DNA of 52,467 nt from a virus (Duplodnaviria > Caudoviricetes): IMG/VR virus record IMGVR_UViG_3300020042_007840, positions 1-52,467 of that record; one strand, given 5' to 3'. Positions 1 through 6,835 of this stretch are shown piece after piece. Under the pieces are notes generated by a model that saw only the letters and a list, made by a program, of their open reading frames with translations, ran no database searches and had not been told where the DNA came from. Within the stretch, counting starts at the first letter, position 1, and each line of letters opens with the position of its first letter. The translations under genes and the position numbers were made by a program.

Positions 1-110
1 ATGTCCGACAATTTTGATCTTAACGACTACAACGTAAGTGATGCAATCACCGATTGGATGGGCGACAATTTTGCAGATAAAGTCCAAGATTTAGATTTAG
101 TTGTGCGGGC
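1..110. repeat. Exact 110-bp inverted duplicate of 988-1097
   Basis: 1-110 is the reverse complement of 988-1097 (3' end of ORF 981-1421); the junction falls in the 27-bp repeat. Confidence 0.95.
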
Positions 111-131
111 CCGCCCACCCCCGCCTCCACC
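105..131. repeat. 27-bp GC-rich dispersed repeat, copy 1
   Basis: GCGGGCCCGCCCACCCCCGCCTCCACC, one mismatch to copies 2-4. Confidence 0.95.
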
Positions 132-234
132 ATTAGGGAAGATATATGGGAAATGGGCGCGTGTCCAATGAAAAAAACCAATGGGATATTTTAAGCTGAT
201 AGTTTTTATATTAGCGGCTTAATATATCCTTATG

Positions 235-308
235 AATCAACCACTTACTGATTATCTATATATAAAATGCCTGATTGATTTTGTTGTATTTACGCTAAGC
301 TGTTGATT
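235..308. promoter_or_regulatory. Two oppositely oriented IHF consensus sites
   Basis: AATCAAccacTTA at 235-247 (+) and AATCAAcagcTTA at 296-308 (-) both match WATCAANNNNTTR, in an AT-rich tract. Confidence 0.6.
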
Positions 309-366
309 TATATAGCTTATTTGATTATATGCAATCTTGTACGATCTGGACAGGCTGCACAGGATA

Positions 367-393
367 GCGGGCCCGCCCACCCCCGCCACCACC
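367..393. repeat. 27-bp GC-rich dispersed repeat, copy 2
   Basis: GCGGGCCCGCCCACCCCCGCCACCACC. Confidence 0.95.
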
Positions 394-402
394 TGAGGGA
401 AT

Positions 403-431
403 AAAAAAAAGGGCCCGCATATGCGGGCCCT
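403..431 (-). terminator. Rho-independent terminator
   Basis: Minus strand AGGGCCCGCATATGCGGGCCC then a T-run, downstream of ORF 454-918. Confidence 0.85.
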
Positions 432-453
432 GAGAAAATGTCCGGCTGCCGGA

Positions 454-918
454 TCAGTCACACACAATCTGATACTTTGGCACCTCTTGCACTTCGATCC
501 CGGTCTGGACTCTGCGGCACGTTGGACTGTCGGACCGGACATATGCGCAGATGTTCACAATCACATCATCCAGTTCAAAGCTGTAGTCCCGGTTGACTGA
601 GTGGTGTGTCCAGTCTTTGGTTGAGACCTTGTCGGTCTTAGATGTGAAGAACTCTAACAGGTCCACCAGTTGTTGATCCTTGAAGCTCTCCAGACCATTA
701 AGATTCACTTCAATGTAGGGCTTATAAAAACTGGTCCGGATGTACAGGTTGTGCACTTCCAAGTTCAGGCCCTTGAATGCCTCAGAGTAGTTGACACGGA
801 TTTTCATCCGTTGGCCTTCCAAGGCCTTGGCCCGGGTAATCAGTTCGTGGCCTTCTTTGCGGGCCTTGCTGGTTGACTCATTGATCGCTAGGATCAGGGG
901 GTTGGTCTTGCGTTGCAT
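454..918 (-). CDS. Hypothetical early protein, 154 aa
   Basis: ORF with conserved leader AGAAAGGATAGCGAA-ATG, a leader hairpin at 939-962 and TGtTATACT extended -10. Confidence 0.8.
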   Translation of the reverse strand: MQRKTNPLILAINESTSKARKEGHELITRAKALEGQRMKIRVNYSEAFKGLNLEVHNLYIRTSFYKPYIEVNLNGLESFKDQQLVDLLEFFTSKTDKVSTKDWTHHSVNRDYSFELDDVIVNICAYVRSDSPTCRRVQTGIEVQEVPKYQIVCD

Positions 919-980
919 TTCGCTATCCTTTCTAGGTTGTACTGAATCGGCTGATTCAGTACGTAGAGTATAACACTAAA

Positions 981-1421
981 TTAACGTGCCCGCACAACTA
1001 AATCTAAATCTTGGACTTTATCTGCAAAATTGTCGCCCATCCAATCGGTGATTGCATCACTTACGTTGTAGTCGTTAAGATCAAAATTGTCGGACATCCA
1101 AGAACTGATCGAATCATCAAGACTAACATTGGCATCAAACCAGTCGCTGATCTTTTGATCCATATCGCCCTCGCGGAGCAAATGCTCATTGATCCGGGAA
1201 TCGATCAACTCAATAATTGCCAACTTCTCAGGGCTCGGGCCCCGGGCCTGATCAAAAGCATTTGCAGCAGTATTGACCACCACCATGAGCGCGGTCATAG
1301 CTGCTGCCTTGTCGCTGCTGAGTGCGAACAAAACTTCGGTTGCATAGTTCATGGCTGCATCAATGTCACACCCTCTGGATGCGAAAACATTATTGGCGTG
1401 TTTACGTAATGGGTTGCTCAT
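981..1421 (-). CDS. Hypothetical early protein with acidic I-x-D/S-W-x-x-x-N repeats
   Basis: ORF with leader AGAGAGGATAGAGAA-ATG; three C-terminal repeats. Confidence 0.8.
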   Translation of the reverse strand: MSNPLRKHANNVFASRGCDIDAAMNYATEVLFALSSDKAAAMTALMVVVNTAANAFDQARGPSPEKLAIIELIDSRINEHLLREGDMDQKISDWFDANVSLDDSISSWMSDNFDLNDYNVSDAITDWMGDNFADKVQDLDLVVRAR

Positions 1422-1474
1422 TTCTCTATCCTCTCTGGTTGAACCCCGGGCACCGCGCCTAAGGCATGGGGGTG

Positions 1475-1537
1475 ATTCTACGTTAGTGGTTTACATTGTC
1501 TAATTGTATTTCGCTATCGGTTCAGGGCAGATAATAG
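1475..1537 (-). promoter_or_regulatory. Repeated early sigma70-like promoter P1 with upstream operator
   Basis: TAGACA-16-TAGAAT preceded by CTAT-N16-ATAG-cgaaatacaat. Confidence 0.8.
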
Positions 1538-1539
1538 CT

Positions 1540-1566
1540 GCGGGCCCGCCCACCCCCGCCACCACC
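1540..1566. repeat. 27-bp GC-rich dispersed repeat, copy 3
   Basis: Identical to copy 2. Confidence 0.95.
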
Positions 1567-1584
1567 GATCAGGGAAAAAATAAG

Positions 1585-1613
1585 AAATAAACCCCCGCGC
1601 ATGCGCGGGGGCC
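1585..1613 (-). terminator. Rho-independent terminator
   Basis: Minus strand CCCCCGCGCATGCGCGGGGG followed by TTTATTT. Confidence 0.8.
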
Positions 1614-1625
1614 AAGGGCAAAAAA

Positions 1626-1868
1626 TCAGCCCGCCTGAAGCTGGACCCCGCCCCGGGGGCCAAGGCAAAGCACAAAGTCCGGGTACTCTTCCACGGCTTG
1701 CTTGCTGCTGGCGCGGTGAAGCGAAGCCTCGATATCTTGGTCAAAGCGGCCAAGCTCTTCGGCGACTTCGCGGTAATGGTCCACGGCTGCTGCCTTGGTG
1801 CGAAACCTTAAAACGTCATCCAAGGTATCGGAGCCAAGGCGAAGAAACCAAAACGATTTTGTGATCAT
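1626..1868 (-). CDS. Hypothetical early protein, 80 aa (MITKSFWF...)
   Basis: Start reassigned to ATG 1868 behind the conserved leader AGAAAGGATAGCGTT. Confidence 0.75.
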   Translation of the reverse strand: MITKSFWFLRLGSDTLDDVLRFRTKAAAVDHYREVAEELGRFDQDIEASLHRASSKQAVEEYPDFVLCLGPRGGVQLQAG

Positions 1869-1897
1869 AACGCTATCCTTTCTGTTGTTGCGCCCCC

Positions 1898-1961
1898 ATT
1901 GTGGCAAAGCCCGCGCCCCTTGTCTAATTGTATTTCACTATTAAAGCGAGAAAATCGATAG
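1898..1961 (-). promoter_or_regulatory. Repeated early promoter P2 with upstream operator
   Basis: TAGACA-17-CACAAT preceded by CTAT-N16-ATAG-tgaaatacaat. Confidence 0.75.
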
Positions 1962-1963
1962 CT

Positions 1964-1990
1964 GCGGGCCCGCCCACCCCCGCCACCACC
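1964..1990. repeat. 27-bp GC-rich dispersed repeat, copy 4
   Basis: Identical to copies 2 and 3; similarity to copy 1 extends through ATTAGGGAA. Confidence 0.95.
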
Positions 1991-2008
1991 ATTAGGGAAA
2001 ATATAACC

Positions 2009-2036
2009 AAAAACCGCGCCCCAAGGGGCGCGGGGC
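2009..2036 (-). terminator. Rho-independent terminator
   Basis: Minus strand CCGCGCCCC-TT-GGGGCGCGG followed by TTTTT. Confidence 0.75.
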
Positions 2037-2168
2037 AAGGCGAAAGCATTAAGAACCAAGGCCCGCGCCCCATGGGCCACGGGCCTTGCACCACGTTTCA
2101 GGCGGCAAGATGCAGGGACCAAGGGCCGGGTTTAACCCTTGCGGAATTAACCCGGCGTGGGCACCAGT

Positions 2169-2217
2169 TGAGAATCATTCTCATTGGGAAATCGCCCGCA
2201 ATTGAGAATGATTCTCA
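2169..2217. promoter_or_regulatory. Two Fur-box-like 7-1-7 palindromes
   Basis: TGAGAAT-C-ATTCTCA (2169-2183) and TGAGAAT-G-ATTCTCA (2203-2217). Confidence 0.65.
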
Positions 2218-2222
2218 GTTAG

Positions 2223-3173
2223 TTAAGCGGCGAGCAGCTCCAATGCCCTATTTTTGAGGGCTGCACCCGTACCGAACCAAGCCGACTCAAGGCGCGTATT
2301 GTCGCTGCGCCCCCTTTCATGGTCCACCATTTCGGTGACTGCGTTGAGCATTGCCCACCGGGTAGAACCCACCATCTCCGCACCCATGGCCGCCCCATCG
2401 AACAGGGCCCGAATGCGTTTGTATGCGCGACTGTCTGACACTTCGATACGCCCGTTATGGTATGGCTTGAGCAGCTCGGCCACGAATGAATCCGCCTCAG
2501 TAGCTGCCATGGGCACCCCTGCCAATTGGCGCGACTGCACCAAAAAGCGCTCCCAACTATTGGCAACAATGCCCAATTGAAGGCGGACCGCTTCAGGATC
2601 GAAGCGCTCCGAATGCAGCACCCGCACCGCCGAATCGTTGGCACCTAGTGCAGCAGTTATGGTGTTGTTACACACAACGCGAATCGTTGTGAATTTCGCT
2701 ACTGTCGCCATTGAAGTATCGTAGCTTGTGCCGAGCAGTAAATAAGGCTTGACTGTGTCGCCCTGAACCACGTCCGCGCCTTCGCCCACCGATGCCAAGG
2801 CCCAAACCCTGCGGCCATAACTGAGCGCTCCGGCCGTTTCCATTTGAAACCCGCCGAGCCCTACTAAACGCTCAAAAAACCCCATCACTTCCGAGGGCTG
2901 CACCACCCGGTAGCCGTCCGACACTACGGCCAAGGGTGCCCCGTTGTCGCTGCGGTGTAAAACCTTCCGGCCTTTGAACACTTCCGGTGCGGTGGCCGAA
3001 GGGTGCCGAAATAAAACCGGACTTTCGAGCACGGTGTAAGCCAAACCCGCTTCACGGGTCCATTCGTCAATTGCTGCCCCGGCAGTCAAAGACTGCCCCA
3101 AGCCATGCCAAGGGGTGCGGCCAACAAATGCAATTGCGGCCGTGCCTGTTGTGGTGTCGATCATGTGAGCCAT
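2223..3173 (-). CDS. DUF932 / TIGR03299 phage-plasmid family protein
   Basis: MAH..., PWHGLG, ETAGAL..GRRVWALA, IRVVCNNT and WAMLNAVTEMVDH motifs. Confidence 0.9.
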   Translation of the reverse strand: MAHMIDTTTGTAAIAFVGRTPWHGLGQSLTAGAAIDEWTREAGLAYTVLESPVLFRHPSATAPEVFKGRKVLHRSDNGAPLAVVSDGYRVVQPSEVMGFFERLVGLGGFQMETAGALSYGRRVWALASVGEGADVVQGDTVKPYLLLGTSYDTSMATVAKFTTIRVVCNNTITAALGANDSAVRVLHSERFDPEAVRLQLGIVANSWERFLVQSRQLAGVPMAATEADSFVAELLKPYHNGRIEVSDSRAYKRIRALFDGAAMGAEMVGSTRWAMLNAVTEMVDHERGRSDNTRLESAWFGTGAALKNRALELLAA

Positions 3174-3227
3174 TTCGCTATCCTCTCTGAGTTAAACCCG
3201 GCAGTCGCCCGACTGCTGGTGTTATGA

Positions 3228-3290
3228 ATTCTATGCCCTTGTGCGGCATTGTCTAATTGTATTTCACTATCGTGGTTTCAATCCCCATAG
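3228..3290 (-). promoter_or_regulatory. Repeated early promoter P3 with upstream operator
   Basis: TAGACA-16-TAGAAT with CTAT-N16-ATAG; leader hairpin at about 3198-3219. Confidence 0.8.
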
Positions 3291-3345
3291 TTATCAAAAA
3301 ACCAATGTAGAAGAAGAAATATTCCCACCGCCACGAATACCAATA

Positions 3346-4044
3346 TCATGCCGCCCCCTCTCGGCCAATATCCCCGGCCACATGATGGCGCAGCATCGAG
3401 CCCGAAGGCAGCGAGCGAGCAAAAGACACAAGGGCGGCCGCATCATTAGGCGAGCCCACTTTTTTTGTGCCATGCCAAGCGATGGCGGCAGGCCCCCCGG
3501 CAGCATAGCACCCGCCCTTACCGGTGCCCACTTTTTTGGCCCCGCTCCCATGGGCCACAAAAACGACAACATCGGTGCGGTCGGGGCGTGCGCAAATGGG
3601 CGAACCATTGCCACATTGTGAACACGTGAAATTCTCGGCCAGCTCGGCAGGGCAGCGATGAAACCGCACACCTTCAACGACTCGGGGCCAAGTTTCGGCC
3701 GTGTCAGCAGCGGCAGCCAATACGGCAGGGCGGCCAATTTTTACGGCGGCGATAGCCTCAGCCACATTATCCGCGCTCGCATTAATGACAGTTTGCCCGG
3801 GTTTCGCAATTGGCAGCATAGCGGCCGCAAAGTGCGAATAAGTCCAAGCAAGCCCACGGCGTGGCACCGCATCGAGCAAGGCATTTAAATAATCGAAGTC
3901 CACCGCAGCCGAACCGGTCTCACTTTTTGGGTGTAGTCCGCACGTTTTGGGGCAGGTGCCGTAGGTCTCATGGGTGCCGCTCCGATAAGTGGCAGCAATT
4001 GGGCCCAGTTTACGATTCGATGAGATTGCAATAGTGCGCAACAT
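3346..4044 (-). CDS. Cys-rich phage protein (Gp88/DUF7227-like, possibly Fe-S or Zn binding)
   Basis: SNxKxG, TCPxxC, WTYSH, CPAE..TCxxC...C, GCYA and RHHVAGD motifs; conserved leader. Confidence 0.65.
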   Translation of the reverse strand: MLRTIAISSNRKLGPIAATYRSGTHETYGTCPKTCGLHPKSETGSAAVDFDYLNALLDAVPRRGLAWTYSHFAAAMLPIAKPGQTVINASADNVAEAIAAVKIGRPAVLAAAADTAETWPRVVEGVRFHRCPAELAENFTCSQCGNGSPICARPDRTDVVVFVAHGSGAKKVGTGKGGCYAAGGPAAIAWHGTKKVGSPNDAAALVSFARSLPSGSMLRHHVAGDIGREGAA

Positions 4045-4072
4045 AACTCTATCCTCTCTGTTGTTGAAGCCG

Positions 4073-4285
4073 TTATTTTATGGACATCATGGGGACCATG
4101 TCGAATTGATTTTTTATATAGTCGAGCCGTTCCGATAGTTTAGCCTTATTAATCGGTTCAACAATAAAAAGCCCGTCAAATTTAAACCTGCCCCATTCGA
4201 TGGCATCGCGTTTGCGTTTGAAGATGTGCGAGGGGTCCCCATTGCGTGCATGGGCCCAATATACAAAGCGAGGGCGCAAACTCAT
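4073..4285 (-). CDS. Hypothetical protein, 70 aa
   Basis: ATG at 4285 overlaps the upstream stop (ATGA coupling). Confidence 0.65.
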   Translation of the reverse strand: MSLRPRFVYWAHARNGDPSHIFKRKRDAIEWGRFKFDGLFIVEPINKAKLSERLDYIKNQFDMVPMMSIK

Positions 4286-4518
4286 TTTTTTGCCCCCACT
4301 AAAACGCGAAGCTCCGAAGCGCAAACAAGGCAAGCATTCGCAAAAATAGGGCTCTCAATTTCGCAAGGTTCGCAATGATGCCAGCCATCACAGGGCAATT
4401 CTCCGCGCCCCACGGCATCGTGAACGGCAAACTGGCCGCTGCGCTCATAAATGTCATATGCTTTGGCAAATATTTGTTCCGCATCGGGAACCAAAACGGG
4501 CTGTTGAGGTGTTGTCAT
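4282..4518 (-). CDS. Small zinc-finger-like protein
   Basis: CEPC...CLVC pairs; conserved leader AGAAAGGATAGAGTT-ATG. Confidence 0.75.
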   Translation of the reverse strand: MTTPQQPVLVPDAEQIFAKAYDIYERSGQFAVHDAVGRGELPCDGWHHCEPCEIESPIFANACLVCASELRVLVGAKK

Positions 4519-4547
4519 AACTCTATCCTTTCTGTTGTTGAGCCCAC

Positions 4548-4611
4548 ATGATAGGACAACGTGAGACCCTTGTCTAATTGTATTTCACTATCGGGTTCAC
4601 GTTTCCGATAG
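4548..4611 (-). promoter_or_regulatory. Repeated early promoter P4 with upstream operator
   Basis: TAGACA-17-TATCAT with CTAT-N16-ATAG; overlaps the 3' end of the nuclease gene. Confidence 0.8.
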
Positions 4612-5007
4612 TACGGCGGCAAGCTCCGGCCAGGGCATGCCACGCGAAGGCCAGTCCCGCAAGGCAGGCAGCCGAAGCCCCTGTTCGGCAAGGGCAATCG
4701 CATCGCGCCCATGGTACAAATAAACCCGGCCCGGTTTGGCAATCGTGCCCTTGTAACTGACAAGCACAAAGCAAGGCCGCCCCTGCGCAGCATGCCGCGC
4801 CATGAAAGCGATTTGATGGGGGCGAAGCGCCACCTTCAAGCCGCGCTCCACCACCTTGAGCTCAACGCACACCCAACGCGAGCCCACGCCGACAAGGCAA
4901 TCAGCGATGCCCAAATTGACGCGATTTTCGATCCGCTCGATGTCCGCCCCCGAAGCCTTCAAGCCATCGCGAACGCGAGCCGCAAAGGCTGCCTCAGGTT
5001 TCATCAT
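4597..5007 (-). CDS. VRR-NUC / Holliday junction resolvase-like PD-(D/E)XK nuclease
   Basis: KPE..F, RIEN....GIAD, VELK and LRPHQ motifs; likely start at MMKPE. Confidence 0.8.
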   Translation of the reverse strand: MMKPEAAFAARVRDGLKASGADIERIENRVNLGIADCLVGVGSRWVCVELKVVERGLKVALRPHQIAFMARHAAQGRPCFVLVSYKGTIAKPGRVYLYHGRDAIALAEQGLRLPALRDWPSRGMPWPELAAVLSET

Positions 5008-5668
5008 CGGGTCCCAAATCGTTATCCCGTTCAAAGATATCAGGGGGAGGTTCTGCCACGGGCATGACAAATATCGGGTCTTTTTCTCGTTCGACACTTT
5101 CGATCACTTTCCCGCTCTCGGCATCGATCAAAACAGTCGGGGGAGGCCCCCCGTAAAGTTGGCGCAGTTCATCGAGCTTTTTCTGCACTTCCTCTTTGCT
5201 CATGCTGTCGATCGTGCCATGGCGTATTTCTTTACGGTCAACATAGATGGTCCCCAGGGCCTGCCCTCGCCGATACTCGGCCTGCACAGCAGCCGCGAAA
5301 GCTCCCGCCTCCAGGGCTTTGTCGCGGATGAGTTGCAAGTCGCGCATGTGCCGCTCGTAGGAGGTGTTGTATTTCGAATTGAGCTCTGCCCGGTATGCCT
5401 GAATCGCGGCCACCACGTGGGGGTTGATCGAGGGGTTTGTGAGCTTCCAGGCCATCACCGAGGCCGAGCCCTCTTTGTACCCGGCACGCATGGCCGCCTC
5501 TTTCATGGTCACCCGGCCGTCCCCACTCACGAGCTCGGTCACAAACTTCCATTCCTTGGCGTTCAGGACCCTGCGCTGCTGCCGCAAAGGGACCACCTCT
5601 GTGCTCATGCGCTTGCGGGCCTTGTCCCCCATCACAGGGGGCACGTTCCAGACATCCTTGCGGGTCAT
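4994..5668 (-). CDS. terS: Terminase small subunit-like protein
   Basis: LxxKExKFV...EAAMRAGY..SA..AWKL..PHVxAAI HTH pattern; start at MTRKD coupled to the upstream stop. Confidence 0.7.
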   Translation of the reverse strand: MTRKDVWNVPPVMGDKARKRMSTEVVPLRQQRRVLNAKEWKFVTELVSGDGRVTMKEAAMRAGYKEGSASVMAWKLTNPSINPHVVAAIQAYRAELNSKYNTSYERHMRDLQLIRDKALEAGAFAAAVQAEYRRGQALGTIYVDRKEIRHGTIDSMSKEEVQKKLDELRQLYGGPPPTVLIDAESGKVIESVEREKDPIFVMPVAEPPPDIFERDNDLGPDDET

Positions 5669-5883
5669 CAGCGCGTTCTCCACAGCCGCCAGCCATCGGA
5701 CACCCTGCGCAAGGAAAACTGCCACTTGGGGGCGTGCATGCGCACAAAGCGAAGCGAAGCCACCCGAGCGCTCTCCGCCTGCTTCTTGTCCGTGAACAGA
5801 ATGCTGTCGCCGTCTTGCATGTCCCTAAACGGGTACTTGGTCCGATCTTCAGGCATAACGATTCCCGTATCAATCTGTATCAT
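5668..5883 (-). CDS. Small conserved phage protein (KYPFxxMxxGDS type)
   Basis: KYPFRDMQDGDSILF...RLWR; RBS GAGGG before ATG 5883. Confidence 0.75.
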   Translation of the reverse strand: MIQIDTGIVMPEDRTKYPFRDMQDGDSILFTDKKQAESARVASLRFVRMHAPKWQFSLRRVSDGWRLWRTR

Positions 5884-5909
5884 GATTACCCTCTGTAACT
5901 TATGCTCCA

Positions 5910-5939
5910 AGTGTAAAAGCCGGGTATCATTCGTGTCAA
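5910..5939 (-). promoter_or_regulatory. Leftward sigma70 promoter
   Basis: TTGACA-18-TACACT. Confidence 0.7.
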
Positions 5940-5989
5940 TGGGAAACGGGCAATCAGGGGCACCAATCCCAACTCACTACCAGATGCGT

Positions 5990-6206
5990 TTCCTATAGAG
6001 CCTAGGGAGGAAGAGGTGAAAAATAAATTCATCCACAAATTTTCGTAGGGACATCCCAGAGATTACGCCTCTTTTTTAAGCAGTAATGTAGTGTAATGCC
6101 TTGAAACCCGCATGTAGACTCACTTATTACGGCATTACGTCTATTACGCCTATCCCCACGAAATAAATTAAAAAAACACCTCTTCCTCCCCAGAGTCTAT
6201 AGGGAA
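5990..6206. other. Putative replication origin: nested inverted repeats with ATTAC/GTAAT iterons
   Basis: About 29-bp imperfect inverted repeat at 5990-6018 and 6177-6206, an inner inverted repeat, and six ATTAC/GTAAT pentamers; noncoding, between divergent promoters. Confidence 0.6.
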
Positions 6207-6315
6207 CCCAAAAATAGCATAACAAACCCCTGCTTACCCCCTAGTTTGGTTATATAGACCCTACAAGCATAGGGAAACTACCTATGTTTTTCTACACTTT
6301 TAGCACTTCAAAGTA

Positions 6316-6344
6316 TTGACACGTACGCCGTAGTGTCTTAAACT
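6316..6344 (+). promoter_or_regulatory. Rightward sigma70 promoter
   Basis: TTGACA-17-TAAACT. Confidence 0.8.
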
Positions 6345-6361
6345 AACCCCCGGAACAACAG

Positions 6362-6370
6362 TTATCCACA
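6362..6370 (+). promoter_or_regulatory. Perfect DnaA box
   Basis: TTATCCACA between the promoter and the RBS. Confidence 0.5.
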
Positions 6371-6387
6371 GAAAGGAGAGTTATTTT

Positions 6388-6633
6388 ATGCGTAAAGTCA
6401 CCAAACAAGAGGCCGCAGATCAGGCACGAATCGTGGCCGGGGCCAAGTACCTTGCCACTTGTTGCCAGGAGGATTTTGACCACCCGATCGATGCCTTGCT
6501 GTCCATGGTCCTGACCATTTCAGGCTTTGCCCATGCCATTGGCATGCCTCTGGCCGAGCTCCAAGAGGGGATTGCCCTGTCGTACGCAGACATGGAAAAT
6601 GCTTCTTCGGAGGTAAAAAAGCATGCACATTGA
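6388..6633 (+). CDS. Hypothetical protein
   Basis: RBS AAAGGAG; first gene of the rightward operon. Confidence 0.8.
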   Translation: MRKVTKQEAADQARIVAGAKYLATCCQEDFDHPIDALLSMVLTISGFAHAIGMPLAELQEGIALSYADMENASSEVKKHAH

Positions 6634-6835
6634 CAGCCCCTCGGTCCGTGATCCACGGCCCATCCCTTACGACACAGGCAAGGTGAAGATCGGCCTGTTG
6701 TACCAGCCCCCGATGCGGGACTACCTAACCCATGATGCAGAGCTCCTGCAAGAGGCCCTGTTGGCGCACCGCTACCCCTTGGCCGCCAAATCGATGTGGG
6801 ACCACATCCTGGACATTTTTTGGAGATCAAGATGA
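6623..6835 (+). CDS. Hypothetical protein (PYDTGKVKIG type)
   Basis: RBS GGAGG; overlapping operon structure. Confidence 0.75.
   Translation: MHIDSPSVRDPRPIPYDTGKVKIGLLYQPPMRDYLTHDAELLQEALLAHRYPLAAKSMWDHILDIFWRSR

Noticed and set aside
252-542. 96-aa ORF on the minus strand
   Set aside because: It runs through a terminator, the repeat and the IHF tract, with no RBS
105-1990. 27-bp repeats as a CRISPR array
   Set aside because: Copies are 262, 1173 and 424 bp apart with genes between them, and there are no cas genes
105-4611. Classical integron
   Set aside because: No tyrosine recombinase seen, the repeats lack attC RYYYAAC/GTTRRRY ends, and the cassettes carry their own promoters
4856-5998. 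380-aa plus-strand ORF
   Set aside because: Antisense shadow of the nuclease and TerS-like genes with no recognisable motifs
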